From positions 64,001 to 128,000 of IMG/VR virus record IMGVR_UViG_2799112330_000002: a stretch of DNA of 64,000 nucleotides. One strand, written 5' to 3'. Both the position numbers and the translations under genes were made by a program. This document shows, piece by piece, positions 40,412-51,636 of the stretch. The notes under the pieces are model-generated. The model was not told where the DNA came from. It was given only the letters and a program-made list of their open reading frames with translations, and made no database searches. Origin of the DNA: a virus. Taxonomy: Duplodnaviria > Heunggongvirae > Uroviricota > Caudoviricetes. The number at the start of each line of letters is the position of its first letter. Position 1 is the stretch's first letter.

Positions 40412-41445
40412 TTAGCATGCCAGACATAAACAATAAGATAACATTAGAAGAAATTCAGAATCTGTTGATTGAAAAGAAATTTGTAAGAATTGAATCTGAC
40501 AGATATACTGATGATGCTTATGATTTTATTCGTTCATTGATAGATCAGGAGCATGCTATATTATTTGACAAATCTAAACATCGTATCTATACATTAGGTG
40601 ATTATTATGGAGGTGATGTATTCAAGGAAAACTTATATTTTTATTCTAAGATAAAGCATGTAGATATAGATGACACTATAATTGAAGAGATCAATGCTAT
40701 AGCTCCAGAATCAGAATTATCTATAGAATCAAAGGATGGCATTAATATAAGTTTTGAAAATGAAAAGATAACATTTGGATTAACTATAAAAGAACTTATA
40801 GAAGAAAATTCAAATTCTAAATATAAGTTAATCATTAATGACAATAATAAGATTGATATTATTGAGTATCATTCTCCAGTTATTTCTATTAATAAAGTTG
40901 AATTCAATCCAAATAAGACACAGTTGACATTAGCATATCAGATTGATTCTATAAATAATCCTGATGACTGGGAAGAATTTGATGTAGAATGTGAAAACTG
41001 TGAACTAGTATCTTTGAATAAGACATCAAAATTAATAACAATTGGTACTAATAATGATAATTACTATAATCATATAAATGAAAAGATAAAGTTTGTTTAT
41101 AATGATTTATATGAAACAGGTGAAATCATAATAGATGGAATATATAACATATATGTATTCTATGGAACATATGACATTAACTATTCCAGATTTGTACAAT
41201 TAGGCAAGATCAATATTGATGATGTCTTTACTAGTGTTATTACAATCAATCAAAGAACAAATGAAAGAGCATATATACAATTACCAAGCAATATGAAAGT
41301 GATATTCATGGATAACATTAGAAATATTCAAGGGGCTTGGTATAAACAAAATACAACAGTCATAAACAATCTCAACTATAAGACTTATTGCACTACTAAT
41401 GACAAATTAGGAAAAATGAGTTGGAAAATTATTAATAATCAGTAA
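40396..41445 (+). CDS. hypothetical, probably structural
   Basis: ORF in fibre-like operon; true start may be ATG 40417. Confidence 0.55.
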   Translation: MAILIISMPDINNKITLEEIQNLLIEKKFVRIESDRYTDDAYDFIRSLIDQEHAILFDKSKHRIYTLGDYYGGDVFKENLYFYSKIKHVDIDDTIIEEINAIAPESELSIESKDGINISFENEKITFGLTIKELIEENSNSKYKLIINDNNKIDIIEYHSPVISINKVEFNPNKTQLTLAYQIDSINNPDDWEEFDVECENCELVSLNKTSKLITIGTNNDNYYNHINEKIKFVYNDLYETGEIIIDGIYNIYVFYGTYDINYSRFVQLGKINIDDVFTSVITINQRTNERAYIQLPSNMKVIFMDNIRNIQGAWYKQNTTVINNLNYKTYCTTNDKLGKMSWKIINNQ

Positions 41446-41447
41446 GA

Positions 41448-42647
41448 ATGGATCTATCATATAATAGAAGTATTTTCACAAAGGTCAATAAATGGGATAA
41501 TGAATATTCATATAATGGAATACTAGTATCTGGTAAGCTTAATCAGTTGAATGGGCAAGGCTACAAGATATTAGATGTCATTGATCTTGACTGGGATGGG
41601 GCATACATCAATAATCTTAATTCTTATATCTATACAACAGAAGATCTTATAAAAGTATTAGACAAGTATGCAGATAACTTTTCTTATATTGGGGCAAACT
41701 ATGTAAAATATTCTTATCTTAATGACTTTATTGAAGAAACAAATGAAAATATTGAAAATCTTATTGATGATAGAGCAACATATATTCAGTCTTATGTTCT
41801 TGAAAATATTATTGAAGCATTGACATTTGACTATGATATTCTTAATTCTATTTCTGATCTTATTCTTGACCGTACAAAATATATTGAAATTAATTATGAT
41901 GACATAGATTTCAATGATCCTACGGCTGAATACTATATATATGAAGATAATGAATATAAGCTTGTTGATTTTGACTATATAAGAAATCATCCAGATCAGA
42001 CATACTATGAATTCTTAATTAAAGACATTATCAAACTTCAAAAGAACTATAATATATTAAGAGATATAGTTGGCTCAAAAGAATATAATGAGATTGATGA
42101 TAGTTATACATATACTGGTCTGCAAGAAGATATCTATAATATAAATAATGATATAGCATATCTTACAGAATATACTGACCAATCTTATTATTATGCTTAT
42201 ACTGCTTATAATACTTCAAATATAAACAAAGAAAGAATAGGATATCATTCAATATATAATATATATGAAGTATGTAAGGATCCTGCAAATTATGATGGAC
42301 AACTATATGTTTATGACAATGAATCATATATTCCCGCTTCTTATAATTCATTATATAATGGAGATTATTATGTATATTATCCAAAGATAGATGGTACTGG
42401 CATTGAAAAAGAATTAGAAGATATTAAAGACAAGATATCTAGCAGTACTATAGAAGCTAACAATTTAGATCCAGAAAATGTTATTTTTAATATAAATAAT
42501 GATGGCATTAATAACAAGAAAATCATTAATTTAGGAATAAAGAAAAGTGAATTGAATAAAGAAAGCGGTGACATTAGTTATGGAATTGTAACTACAGAAA
42601 CGTTAATTGATTCATTTACATATTTTTATGAATGGAAATTATTATAA
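41448..42647 (+). CDS. hypothetical Tyr-rich protein, probably structural
   Basis: VIDLDWDGA; Y/S-rich; C-terminal YEWKLL. Confidence 0.55.
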   Translation: MDLSYNRSIFTKVNKWDNEYSYNGILVSGKLNQLNGQGYKILDVIDLDWDGAYINNLNSYIYTTEDLIKVLDKYADNFSYIGANYVKYSYLNDFIEETNENIENLIDDRATYIQSYVLENIIEALTFDYDILNSISDLILDRTKYIEINYDDIDFNDPTAEYYIYEDNEYKLVDFDYIRNHPDQTYYEFLIKDIIKLQKNYNILRDIVGSKEYNEIDDSYTYTGLQEDIYNINNDIAYLTEYTDQSYYYAYTAYNTSNINKERIGYHSIYNIYEVCKDPANYDGQLYVYDNESYIPASYNSLYNGDYYVYYPKIDGTGIEKELEDIKDKISSSTIEANNLDPENVIFNINNDGINNKKIINLGIKKSELNKESGDISYGIVTTETLIDSFTYFYEWKLL

Positions 42648-42692
42648 AAACAATATATAAATAATTAAAAAATATATAAAATATAAAATTTT

Positions 42693-44702
42693 ATGAGTAC
42701 AAAAATAGGAAATAAACTTTTTGCTTATCATAGTAGTTACGATTATGTTCAGCAACATGCTGATACTATTAGAGGAGAATATCCTAATTCTATTGTATTG
42801 ATTGGTGATGAGCAAATGTTATGGCAACCACTTACTAATTCATATGTAGGCGTTCCATATTCTAAATTTGCATATGCTTATAATCTTGCAATTCCAGACT
42901 TACAAGAAAGAATGGTTGAAATTGAAAAACAAGGTAATATTATAAGTAAAATTGATATTGATGGAACTAGTTCACCAACTGCGCAAGTTACACCTAATCT
43001 TTCTAACGAAATTGGATTAATTACAGTAAATACAGCTGCAGCAGGTAATGCATATCAATTAATAACAGTATCAGGACAAAACAGTGATATTACATTAGAT
43101 TCTGCTAATGCTTATAACTTTATTCTTGATCAAATTGAAGAAGCAAAGAAATATGCTGTAACTAATTCAATTGCTACATCTGATAATATCTACAAATTAT
43201 TATTAGGAGATGATAGCACATATATTGAACATGAAGCAACTGAATTTGTTAAAGAAAATACTTATACTGGAGATTATGATATATTCTATAACGGAGATAT
43301 ATATGGTAAACTAGATGGCAATTATCAAAAAATAAGATTTGTAAAAACTAATGATGGCTGGAAAGTCTACATTGATAGAGGAAATGCCACTGTTGATCCT
43401 AATGATGAAATTGGTGATTATGATCCTGCTACTGGTACATTTGATATTAATAGTAATAATACTAATAGATGGGAAATTGAAAATGGAGAAAATCTAGTAT
43501 TATATACTCTTAACAATACCACACAAAATTCATATAATATGAATATTACACAAGGTATTGAAACATTGAAAGAAGTTGCTTATATCTTAGATGTAATTAC
43601 AGATGGTTCTCAGGATGCTGGTATTAGTCTTGCATATAATATTGCTTATAATAATCAATATATTGATGCAACAAATGATAGAATTGATGATATTGTAGCT
43701 GGTTCTGTCGAAAATGTAAATAGTCTTTCATTATCAAATCCATTATCTGTTATAACAACATCATCTAAGGCAAATTATACGGGTAATGTTGTAACATATA
43801 ATAGTATTAAGACAGCAATAATTGGAGCAAATAAGGAAGCATATTGGAGTAGTGCACAATATGGAAATGTAGAAGGTGATATATTATCATATGTACAAAT
43901 ATTACCTACAACATTATCTGACGCGCAAATCAATGAACTTTATAACACAAATTCTGGATTATTTGTTGATAGTGTAGCTGGTAAACCAGCAGGAACATTT
44001 ATTCCAGTATCTCAAGGTAGTGGTGGTACATGGGGTAAAGATACTAGTAGTCCATCAAAATATCTCTTAACACATCAACCTGTAATACAAAAGGATGGTA
44101 ATACTATTGATGTTGAGGGTACCAATAATGATCTTGTTACAACTGTTAGTTGGGTTCTATCTTATGTAGATCAGGCAACAGCTGGTATAAAACAGGATAT
44201 GGATAGTCTTGATGTTAATGATAAGATACAGAAATATTTGGCAGGAGGCACATATGTAACATATACTCCTTATACTATTGATACATTAGGTGGTGCTAAT
44301 GATAGTTTACATGTTGTAAAATCAATCCCTACATCTTTTGCATCATATTTTATTACAAAAGATGATGCTGCAAATACGGTAGAATTTGTAACATTTGCAG
44401 GAGAAGAATACAATATTGTTAAGGATGAAATAAACATATCTCTTAGTTCAACATATTCATCTGATATTGTTGAATCATCATCTACTTATGGATATCAAAA
44501 TCATGCACTTGCTTATACAGTTCATGATGTTACATTACATACTCAAACATTACAAGAAGCAAGTGAAAGCAATGCAACATATACATATAATGGCTTTGCA
44601 TTAGCATATGATGTTGCATCTACAATTGAAGCAATGTTTACTTGGTATGATGTTTCAAGTGGTGATCCTATTGTAGATAATTGGAATTATAATAACCCAT
44701 AA
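42693..44702 (+). CDS. putative fibre/structural protein
   Basis: ETLKEVA motif typical of phage fibre proteins; T/S/N-rich. Confidence 0.55.
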   Translation: MSTKIGNKLFAYHSSYDYVQQHADTIRGEYPNSIVLIGDEQMLWQPLTNSYVGVPYSKFAYAYNLAIPDLQERMVEIEKQGNIISKIDIDGTSSPTAQVTPNLSNEIGLITVNTAAAGNAYQLITVSGQNSDITLDSANAYNFILDQIEEAKKYAVTNSIATSDNIYKLLLGDDSTYIEHEATEFVKENTYTGDYDIFYNGDIYGKLDGNYQKIRFVKTNDGWKVYIDRGNATVDPNDEIGDYDPATGTFDINSNNTNRWEIENGENLVLYTLNNTTQNSYNMNITQGIETLKEVAYILDVITDGSQDAGISLAYNIAYNNQYIDATNDRIDDIVAGSVENVNSLSLSNPLSVITTSSKANYTGNVVTYNSIKTAIIGANKEAYWSSAQYGNVEGDILSYVQILPTTLSDAQINELYNTNSGLFVDSVAGKPAGTFIPVSQGSGGTWGKDTSSPSKYLLTHQPVIQKDGNTIDVEGTNNDLVTTVSWVLSYVDQATAGIKQDMDSLDVNDKIQKYLAGGTYVTYTPYTIDTLGGANDSLHVVKSIPTSFASYFITKDDAANTVEFVTFAGEEYNIVKDEINISLSSTYSSDIVESSSTYGYQNHALAYTVHDVTLHTQTLQEASESNATYTYNGFALAYDVASTIEAMFTWYDVSSGDPIVDNWNYNNP

Positions 44703-44740
44703 TTCATATTAAGATAGTAACATTATAAATTATATAATAG

Positions 44741-44770
44741 AAAAGAGCAGATCTTAAGATCTGCTCTTTA
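44741..44770. terminator. intrinsic terminator
   Basis: AAAGAGCAGATC-TTAA-GATCTGCTCTTT. Confidence 0.8.
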
Positions 44771-44799
44771 TTTTTGAATAAAATACACATAAAATATAT

Positions 44800-45420
44800 A
44801 TGAAAAGACATTTTATTTTATTCATTAGTTTAGTTATGACCTTGTCTATTATTGCTCAAAAGATACATAAGTATGATCAAGTAATAGATATGACATACTA
44901 TAAGTCATTTTATTCTAAAGATATCATGGCTCCATCATTTGTCATCTATAAGTTATATAAAGGTGGTGGTGATGTTTCAAGAAGTGGAATGAATTTCAAG
45001 GCTTATGATAATCTTCCTCATTTCTCTTATAGATTGACAGGATATGACAAAGGACATCTTGCTAATGCTGAAGACTTTGCTTGGTCTAAAGAATCATTAA
45101 GAAGTACATTCTATTATATTAATGCTGTACCGCAGACATCTAAGTTAAATAGAGGAATATGGAAGAAATTTGAGACAGAAATAAGAAAGCTTTCACAAAC
45201 AGATAGTCTTCTTATAATATGTGGTGGTTGTGACTATAATGACATTGATGTTGGTGTTCCTCAAAATTGTTTTAAGATAGTATATAATCTTAGAAATCAT
45301 AGATGTGTATATGCATTAATGTTCAAAAATAATTGGTTGAATGAATATTGGGATGAGCCTAAGCTTAAGAGAAAGATGTCATTCAAAAAAGCTATGAAAC
45401 TCTATGAATCTACAAAATAA
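44800..45420 (+). CDS. DNA/RNA non-specific endonuclease (NucA/EndA-type) with signal peptide
   Basis: GYDKGHLA, STFYYINAVPQ, LNRGIW; basic then hydrophobic N-terminus. Confidence 0.9.
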   Translation: MKRHFILFISLVMTLSIIAQKIHKYDQVIDMTYYKSFYSKDIMAPSFVIYKLYKGGGDVSRSGMNFKAYDNLPHFSYRLTGYDKGHLANAEDFAWSKESLRSTFYYINAVPQTSKLNRGIWKKFETEIRKLSQTDSLLIICGGCDYNDIDVGVPQNCFKIVYNLRNHRCVYALMFKNNWLNEYWDEPKLKRKMSFKKAMKLYESTK

Positions 45421-45478
45421 TAATGACTATTTTAATTTATAATTTTATATATATTTAGTTTAAGAGAAAAATTAGATA

Positions 45479-47416
45479 ATGATACATTTTGTTTTTTCAG
45501 ACAAAGACCCAAGATATTTGTTTTTGAAATATGATACAGAAGAAGATGATAAATGGCTAAGACCAAATAATAACTATAAGAAACAACCTAATCTCACAAA
45601 TCATCTTAATCTTGTTGATCCCACATGCTATCTTAAGTCTTACAATGGTCCAATGTATACTCAAGATTTCTTATTTGAGTTCATTCAATCATCGGGCAAG
45701 AAGATATATTATTGTTCAATCGGATTATGGCAGGAGATATATAAGTTCTTCAAAGAGAACAATGTTGAATATGATGGGTTGGAGCCTGGATTCTTCAAGA
45801 GAAGTCTATTGCATACATATGATGAGTTCAAGGAGATTGTCAATTCTTGGGGTCTTTCATTAGAGCCAAGAGAATACCAGTATAAAGCCGCTTATACAAT
45901 ATTGAACTGGAAACGTTCCGTATCTGAATTAGCAACACGTGCTGGTAAGACATTGATTGCCTATATGGTTTTCAGATATTGTATAGAATATTTAGACATG
46001 AAGAAGATTCTTGTCATTGTGCCATCTATTAGTCTTGTTAAGCAGATGTATGATGACTTCAAAGAATATAAAGAGTTCTTCAATACTGAATGTGTTTGGG
46101 GAGGTGGTAAACTTGTTGAGTCATCAAACATAACGGTTGGTACATTTCAAAGTCTAATTAAGTTCTTAGAAAAGAAAAGCAAGAAATATAATCCATCCTT
46201 TTTCAATAATTATGATTGTGTATTTGTAGATGAGACACATAGAGCATCAGCAGAGCAGATAAAAACAATCATATCACAACCATTTATGAAGAATGTCATC
46301 ATTGGCTTTGGTATGACAGGAACATTACCTAAGGAGAAGACAATTGAAAGATATTGCATACATAGTCTATTGGGAGCAAAAATACAAGAGATATCAACTG
46401 CTGAACTAAAGGAGCAAGGGTATATTTCAGACATAGAGATCTATCAGTACAGATTAAAATATAATGACATACATAAGCAAATAAGACTATATAATACTTG
46501 TGCTGAATATGCATTGTCTAACTATGTAGAAGTAGATGATGAAAAGCATCCAGGAAAGAAAAAGAAACAAGATCTTCCAAATGCAAGATTTCTCATTAAG
46601 AATGTAAAGCAATTGTCATTTGGACTACAACAGGTGAAAGCTAATATCTATGGGAATAATGAGTATTCTGAAATAATGAAAGATGTGAAATGGATGAATA
46701 TGCTTAAGAAGCTTGTATCAGATTCTGTTTCTGCTAATTCATTGTTCATTGAAAGAATGATGATACATTTCATGGAAGAGCGTATAGATCTATTATGTGA
46801 CAAGATCATTCCAAAATGTGATAAGAATACATTGATACTTTGTCATCATACAGAATATATTATGCATCTTGTTGACATACTTGAGAAAAAGTTTAGTGAC
46901 AATCATATCATATTGAAGATTACTGGTAGTGTCAATACAAAAAGAAGAGAAGAGATAAAGCAATTACTTAAAGAGAACAATAACTGTATATTAGTTGCAA
47001 GTTATGGTACAATGTCTACCGGAATCACTTTAGCCAATCTTTGCTATGGGGTGCTATTTGAAAGCTTTAAGTCAGATGTTGTTAATATGCAGTCAATTGG
47101 TCGTGGATTGGGATTGTCAAAGTTTAAAGACAAATATAGACTATTTGATATAGTAGATGTATTTGACAAGAACATAACAAACAAGATCTTCCTGCAAGGA
47201 TTAGCAAGAATAAAGATATATAATAAAGATTTCAATAAGCATAAGTATTTCATTATTGAAGAACATCTTGGAGAAAACAATGTATCATATAATGAGTCTT
47301 TTAGAATTGCTATAGAAAAATGCAAAGAAGAAGAAAAGGAAGACAAGCCAGTAAAGAAAGCTAAGAAAGAAAAGAATGTTGAAATTTCAAATTTTATGGA
47401 AGATTTGTTTAATTGA
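45479..47416 (+). CDS. uvsW: SF2 DNA helicase (UvsW-like)
   Basis: PREYQ, ATRAGKT, DETH, GMTGT, ASYGTMSTGI, QSIGRGL. Confidence 0.85.
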   Translation: MIHFVFSDKDPRYLFLKYDTEEDDKWLRPNNNYKKQPNLTNHLNLVDPTCYLKSYNGPMYTQDFLFEFIQSSGKKIYYCSIGLWQEIYKFFKENNVEYDGLEPGFFKRSLLHTYDEFKEIVNSWGLSLEPREYQYKAAYTILNWKRSVSELATRAGKTLIAYMVFRYCIEYLDMKKILVIVPSISLVKQMYDDFKEYKEFFNTECVWGGGKLVESSNITVGTFQSLIKFLEKKSKKYNPSFFNNYDCVFVDETHRASAEQIKTIISQPFMKNVIIGFGMTGTLPKEKTIERYCIHSLLGAKIQEISTAELKEQGYISDIEIYQYRLKYNDIHKQIRLYNTCAEYALSNYVEVDDEKHPGKKKKQDLPNARFLIKNVKQLSFGLQQVKANIYGNNEYSEIMKDVKWMNMLKKLVSDSVSANSLFIERMMIHFMEERIDLLCDKIIPKCDKNTLILCHHTEYIMHLVDILEKKFSDNHIILKITGSVNTKRREEIKQLLKENNNCILVASYGTMSTGITLANLCYGVLFESFKSDVVNMQSIGRGLGLSKFKDKYRLFDIVDVFDKNITNKIFLQGLARIKIYNKDFNKHKYFIIEEHLGENNVSYNESFRIAIEKCKEEEKEDKPVKKAKKEKNVEISNFMEDLFN

Positions 47417-47490
47417 TTTTAAACTTCTAAATTATTATTAACTATATTTAATAAAGATCACAAATTAAAATATATAAAACTTAAATAATT

Positions 47491-47889
47491 ATGTTAAATT
47501 TATTAGATAATATTATGAATACGTTAAATACGTTAAGTCTTATTGATACTCCTGATTTGAAAGATGAGTTAGACTTTACAAAGAAAGAAGATCTCGATAA
47601 ACTTGATGATGCTATTGATGCGCTTAAGAGTAATAAATGGTTTATGAGTTTAATGGATAGTAGTCTATTAGATGAAATAAAAACTCAGGCTCATAAGATC
47701 TATAATGAATCTCAACAAAAGAAAGAAACTGATGTTCCAGAAACAGTAAAGAATACAATTATCAATCTTGCAACAGAATATGTCAATACAAAGATTGTTC
47801 CAGAAATGGATACTACTTTAAATGCAACTACATATAAAGCTATTGTAGATACATTTGCTGATTTTGGAACATGGATCTATAAGAAATAA
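47491..47889 (+). CDS. hypothetical protein
   Basis: 132-aa ORF with ACTATATT upstream. Confidence 0.6.
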   Translation: MLNLLDNIMNTLNTLSLIDTPDLKDELDFTKKEDLDKLDDAIDALKSNKWFMSLMDSSLLDEIKTQAHKIYNESQQKKETDVPETVKNTIINLATEYVNTKIVPEMDTTLNATTYKAIVDTFADFGTWIYKK

Positions 47890-47906
47890 ATTGGTTGTTA
47901 TATATT

Positions 47907-48239
47907 ATGCTTAATAAGAAATTTCTAAAAGATGAATTTCAAAACTGTTTTGAAAAGACTATTCCGGTTGCATTTGAAAGAGCATTATTAGAGACTTTTC
48001 CTGGTGTGACGGCTAAAGGAAATAAAGTCGCTAAACAGTTTGGTCAAACATTATCTGATCTTTTAGCAGAACAATGGGCAAATTATATGGCTGATGCTAT
48101 TCATATATATGTTAAGAATATGCAAATCAAAGGAAAGATCATTACAACAGGTTCAGCAACAACCCAAATGGCAAATGTAAATAGCACATCAATGCCATCT
48201 ATAAATGGATCAATTCCTAATACATTAAAAGTAGAATAA
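47907..48239 (+). CDS. hypothetical protein (start moved to ATG 47907)
   Basis: ORF track; ADAIHIYVK. Confidence 0.55.
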   Translation: MLNKKFLKDEFQNCFEKTIPVAFERALLETFPGVTAKGNKVAKQFGQTLSDLLAEQWANYMADAIHIYVKNMQIKGKIITTGSATTQMANVNSTSMPSINGSIPNTLKVE

Positions 48240-48351
48240 GATAAAAAAAATTAAAAGAATATTAAAATTTTTAAAGAATGTTGTCTATATTAAATTATAT
48301 ACAAAATAACTTAACAAAAATTATACAAATATATTATTAAATTTTACAATT

Positions 48352-49473
48352 ATGACAGAACAAGAAATTTTGGGCTTTAACCCTCAAGACTTATTTAACG
48401 AAAATTCAAGTGAAACAACAACAAGTGGAAATTCAATGGTCTATAAGACACGTCCCGCAGATTCAAAATCAGAGGATGGTGTATATAGAGCAAAAATCAA
48501 AATTATCTATAATCCAGAGAATCCTCGCCAGTCATTCCTTGAGCAGCAGTCTTATGGTATGCAGGATGTTAATGGATATTTCTCAGCGGTTTCTTCATTA
48601 ACAGTAGAAGACAAGAGTTGTCCTATCTTTACAGCATGGAAAAAATGTCATTATGCAGAAGCAGGAAGTACATTACATAATCAAGCTGTTCCTACAAAGG
48701 ATGGCGGTAAGGGATTATTTGACAAGCGATTTGCACGTTATGTAATTGTACAGATTTTGAAGGACAAGAATCAGCCAGATTTGGTAGGATCATTTAAGAT
48801 CTGGAAGCTCCCAACATCTATCTATACAATGCTTCAGCAAAAGATGAAGCCTTCAAAGGAAAGTGGAAAGATGCCTATTCCAGTAATGGACTATTTGTTT
48901 GGTAGAGCAATCAATATTGAAGTACATCCTGGACCAGATGATCCAAAGAATCCTCAGAGAAAGACTCGTGAAATTACTTATCTTGGAGAGATCTCTAATG
49001 ATGTAGTATCATGTATTAATCCTGATGGAAGTCCTATTCTTAATGATGAAGAGCAGAGCATTCTTGATGCTTATGTAGCAAAGATTCAGAAGGCATGGAA
49101 TATGGAATGTGAGGATGATGAGGATCTTGAAAAGAGAAATGCATTAGTTACTCAGATCAATCAGTCAGAAGAGTACAAGGCATTGCTTCCTATTTATGGT
49201 AAGGTAATTGCACAAATCAAGGAATGGGCTCCTAAGTTGGACAGTTTCTCATACAAGCCTTGGCCAGAAGATTTGAAGAAACGTGTAGAGGATTGGATTG
49301 AGGTTGTACTTAGTGGTAATGATCCTGCAACAACTTCAATTGATATGATAAAAAAGGGTACTAGTAATGCAACTACTGAAACTCCAACTCCTGCACCAGC
49401 AGCTCCAAAAGTAGAGACACCAAGTCCAGTTGTAGTAGAAGCTTCAGATCCTGCAGATGACTTACCATTCTAA
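48352..49473 (+). CDS. single-stranded DNA-binding protein (T4 gp32-like)
   Basis: CPI, YVIVQILKD...PDLVGSFKIWK, acidic C-terminal DDLPF. Confidence 0.8.
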   Translation: MTEQEILGFNPQDLFNENSSETTTSGNSMVYKTRPADSKSEDGVYRAKIKIIYNPENPRQSFLEQQSYGMQDVNGYFSAVSSLTVEDKSCPIFTAWKKCHYAEAGSTLHNQAVPTKDGGKGLFDKRFARYVIVQILKDKNQPDLVGSFKIWKLPTSIYTMLQQKMKPSKESGKMPIPVMDYLFGRAINIEVHPGPDDPKNPQRKTREITYLGEISNDVVSCINPDGSPILNDEEQSILDAYVAKIQKAWNMECEDDEDLEKRNALVTQINQSEEYKALLPIYGKVIAQIKEWAPKLDSFSYKPWPEDLKKRVEDWIEVVLSGNDPATTSIDMIKKGTSNATTETPTPAPAAPKVETPSPVVVEASDPADDLPF

Positions 49474-49663
49474 TAATGGAATTTTTGAAAATTAGTATAA
49501 AAATTAGTATATATTTTTTCTATTTATATTTTATATATTTTAATTTTTTGTATATATTATTAAGAAGGATTTCTTTTTAGAGGTCCTTCTTTTTTTGTGA
49601 AATAATGACAGGATATGACTATCTTAAAATATAATAAATAAAATATATGTAATAATTAAGCTT

Positions 49664-49999
49664 ATGAACAGTAATGAGACAATTATGGATGTTGTAGAAA
49701 CTACAAAGGTAGAAGATACTACAGAATTCACAGGAACAAATGTAGCTCCTCAGGTAATAAATACAAACAATATAGACATGTCTAAGTTTGTTATGCCAAG
49801 AAAGACAAGGACAATTATTAGGGAATATAATAAGAAGATCGGTAGAAATGACCCATGCCCATGTGGTAGCGGAAAGAAGTATAAGCACTGCTGCATGAAT
49901 GAAGAAAAGTACAATAATCGTATTGAACTTACTAGTGAGCAAATGTACAAAGTTAAACAGAGTAGTGCAAAAATAAACGGCATCAAGAGGGCGGTTTAG
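49664..49999 (+). CDS. SEC-C motif protein
   Basis: [20 protein letters not shown]. Confidence 0.9.
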   Translation: MNSNETIMDVVETTKVEDTTEFTGTNVAPQVINTNNIDMSKFVMPRKTRTIIREYNKKIGRNDPCPCGSGKKYKHCCMNEEKYNNRIELTSEQMYKVKQSSAKINGIKRAV

Positions 50000-50137
50000 A
50001 TGAATGAGATCATCATCAAATTCTATAGATATTAGTTTATATGTCTATTATATTTGAGATGAGCTCAGATGAGAAGAATGGCGTTCTGATGAATATTTGA
50101 ATATAGTTTGTAATGTTAAAAATATTTAATCATAGAA

Positions 50138-51175
50138 ATGGATAAAAAATATTTAATAATATATCATAAAGAAGATAATGATGGTGTATTTTCTGGTGCA
50201 ATCTTTAAGGACTATCTGATGTATGAATTGAATATTGCTGAAGCTGATATTGATGTATTGCCAGCTGACTACAATATATTAGCAGATTTCTCAAAAGCTT
50301 ATTCCGACATGGAGAAACTTAAAGAAGAATATACTCATATCATAATGACTGACTTGTCTTTCAATGACTGGAAATATATGAAGAAGCTTTATAATGCATA
50401 TGAGTCTAATCTTGTTTGGGTAGATCATCATGCTCCTATTATACAATGTTCAATTGACAATAATTTTGATGATATCCCAGGATTGAGAGACACAAGTAGG
50501 TCAGCAATATTGAATGCTTGGAAATATCTTTATGATCAATTTGATGAAGCATACAAGCAGAAGAAAGTACCAGAACTGTTGAGAATATTGTCTGCTTGGG
50601 ATTCTTGGTCATATGAACGTGAAGGATATGATTTTGGTTATGTTAAAGATGTCAATAAGGGTGTTACCGACAAATATGATCTAAATTTGAAGAAAGTATG
50701 CAAGCTTATTGAAATCATCAAAGTATATTATAGAGATGAATCTGACTTGACAAAAGACAACAATATCATTTTAGACATGTATAATCATGGTCATGCTCTT
50801 AATGAATATGAAGACAAGAAGATGACAGACATTGTAAAGAACTCTGGTGATATGACATGGCAAGTATGGGATTATGATGAAGAAGATTCTGCCCATCCAA
50901 TTATTCATAAAGCATGTGCAATATTTCATCAAGGTGCTACAAATTCTACTATGTTCAAGTGCTTAGAAGGCTCAGTAATAAGACATGGTTTAGTATTCAA
51001 GCATCAACCAAATGGTAATTGGGTATTGTCAATGTATAATGTTGAGAACAAAGATCCATTCCACTGTGGAGAGTTCTTGAAAAACAAATACAATGGTGGA
51101 GGTCATGCCGGTGCTGCTGGTTGTACATTCACTTTAGAGCAGTTTATAAAAATATTGAAGAACAAGAGACTATAG
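50138..51175 (+). CDS. DHH/DHHA1 phosphoesterase
   Basis: YHKEDNDG, TDLSF, VDHH, GGGHAGAAG. Confidence 0.9.
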   Translation: MDKKYLIIYHKEDNDGVFSGAIFKDYLMYELNIAEADIDVLPADYNILADFSKAYSDMEKLKEEYTHIIMTDLSFNDWKYMKKLYNAYESNLVWVDHHAPIIQCSIDNNFDDIPGLRDTSRSAILNAWKYLYDQFDEAYKQKKVPELLRILSAWDSWSYEREGYDFGYVKDVNKGVTDKYDLNLKKVCKLIEIIKVYYRDESDLTKDNNIILDMYNHGHALNEYEDKKMTDIVKNSGDMTWQVWDYDEEDSAHPIIHKACAIFHQGATNSTMFKCLEGSVIRHGLVFKHQPNGNWVLSMYNVENKDPFHCGEFLKNKYNGGGHAGAAGCTFTLEQFIKILKNKRL

Positions 51176-51176
51176 T

Positions 51177-51587
51177 ATGAAAAGATGGGATCAGTTGAAA
51201 GCTGGTGACTACATATATTATTATGATCATCAGAAAATACATAAGCAATTAGTAAAGAAAGTAGACACAATAGCATTTACCAAAAACGAAAAGTCATTTG
51301 ACGGTAATTTCAATATTGTCACATCAAAGGTTGTTGAAGAATATTTATTGATCTATGCTGGAAAGAATACATTGATAAAACTTCCAAAGAACTGGATAAA
51401 GACTCAATGTGAGAAATATAATGACTATTCTATAAGATATGAGTGCATGCCAAGGTTTTGTGATGAAGAAGATGCTCGAGCATATATGGAGAAACTCATT
51501 TCTATTCGTAAGAAAAGAGTAGAAAAATATGAGAAAAAATATCTTAAAGAAAAGAAGATCTTGGACTCTTATTGCTTAGAAATTTAA
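51177..51587 (+). CDS. hypothetical protein
   Basis: ORF directly after the DHH gene. Confidence 0.6.
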   Translation: MKRWDQLKAGDYIYYYDHQKIHKQLVKKVDTIAFTKNEKSFDGNFNIVTSKVVEEYLLIYAGKNTLIKLPKNWIKTQCEKYNDYSIRYECMPRFCDEEDARAYMEKLISIRKKRVEKYEKKYLKEKKILDSYCLEI

Positions 51588-51636
51588 GATCTATTGTTTA
51601 TTTTTATATACAAATTTCCTATTTTTATAACGTATT

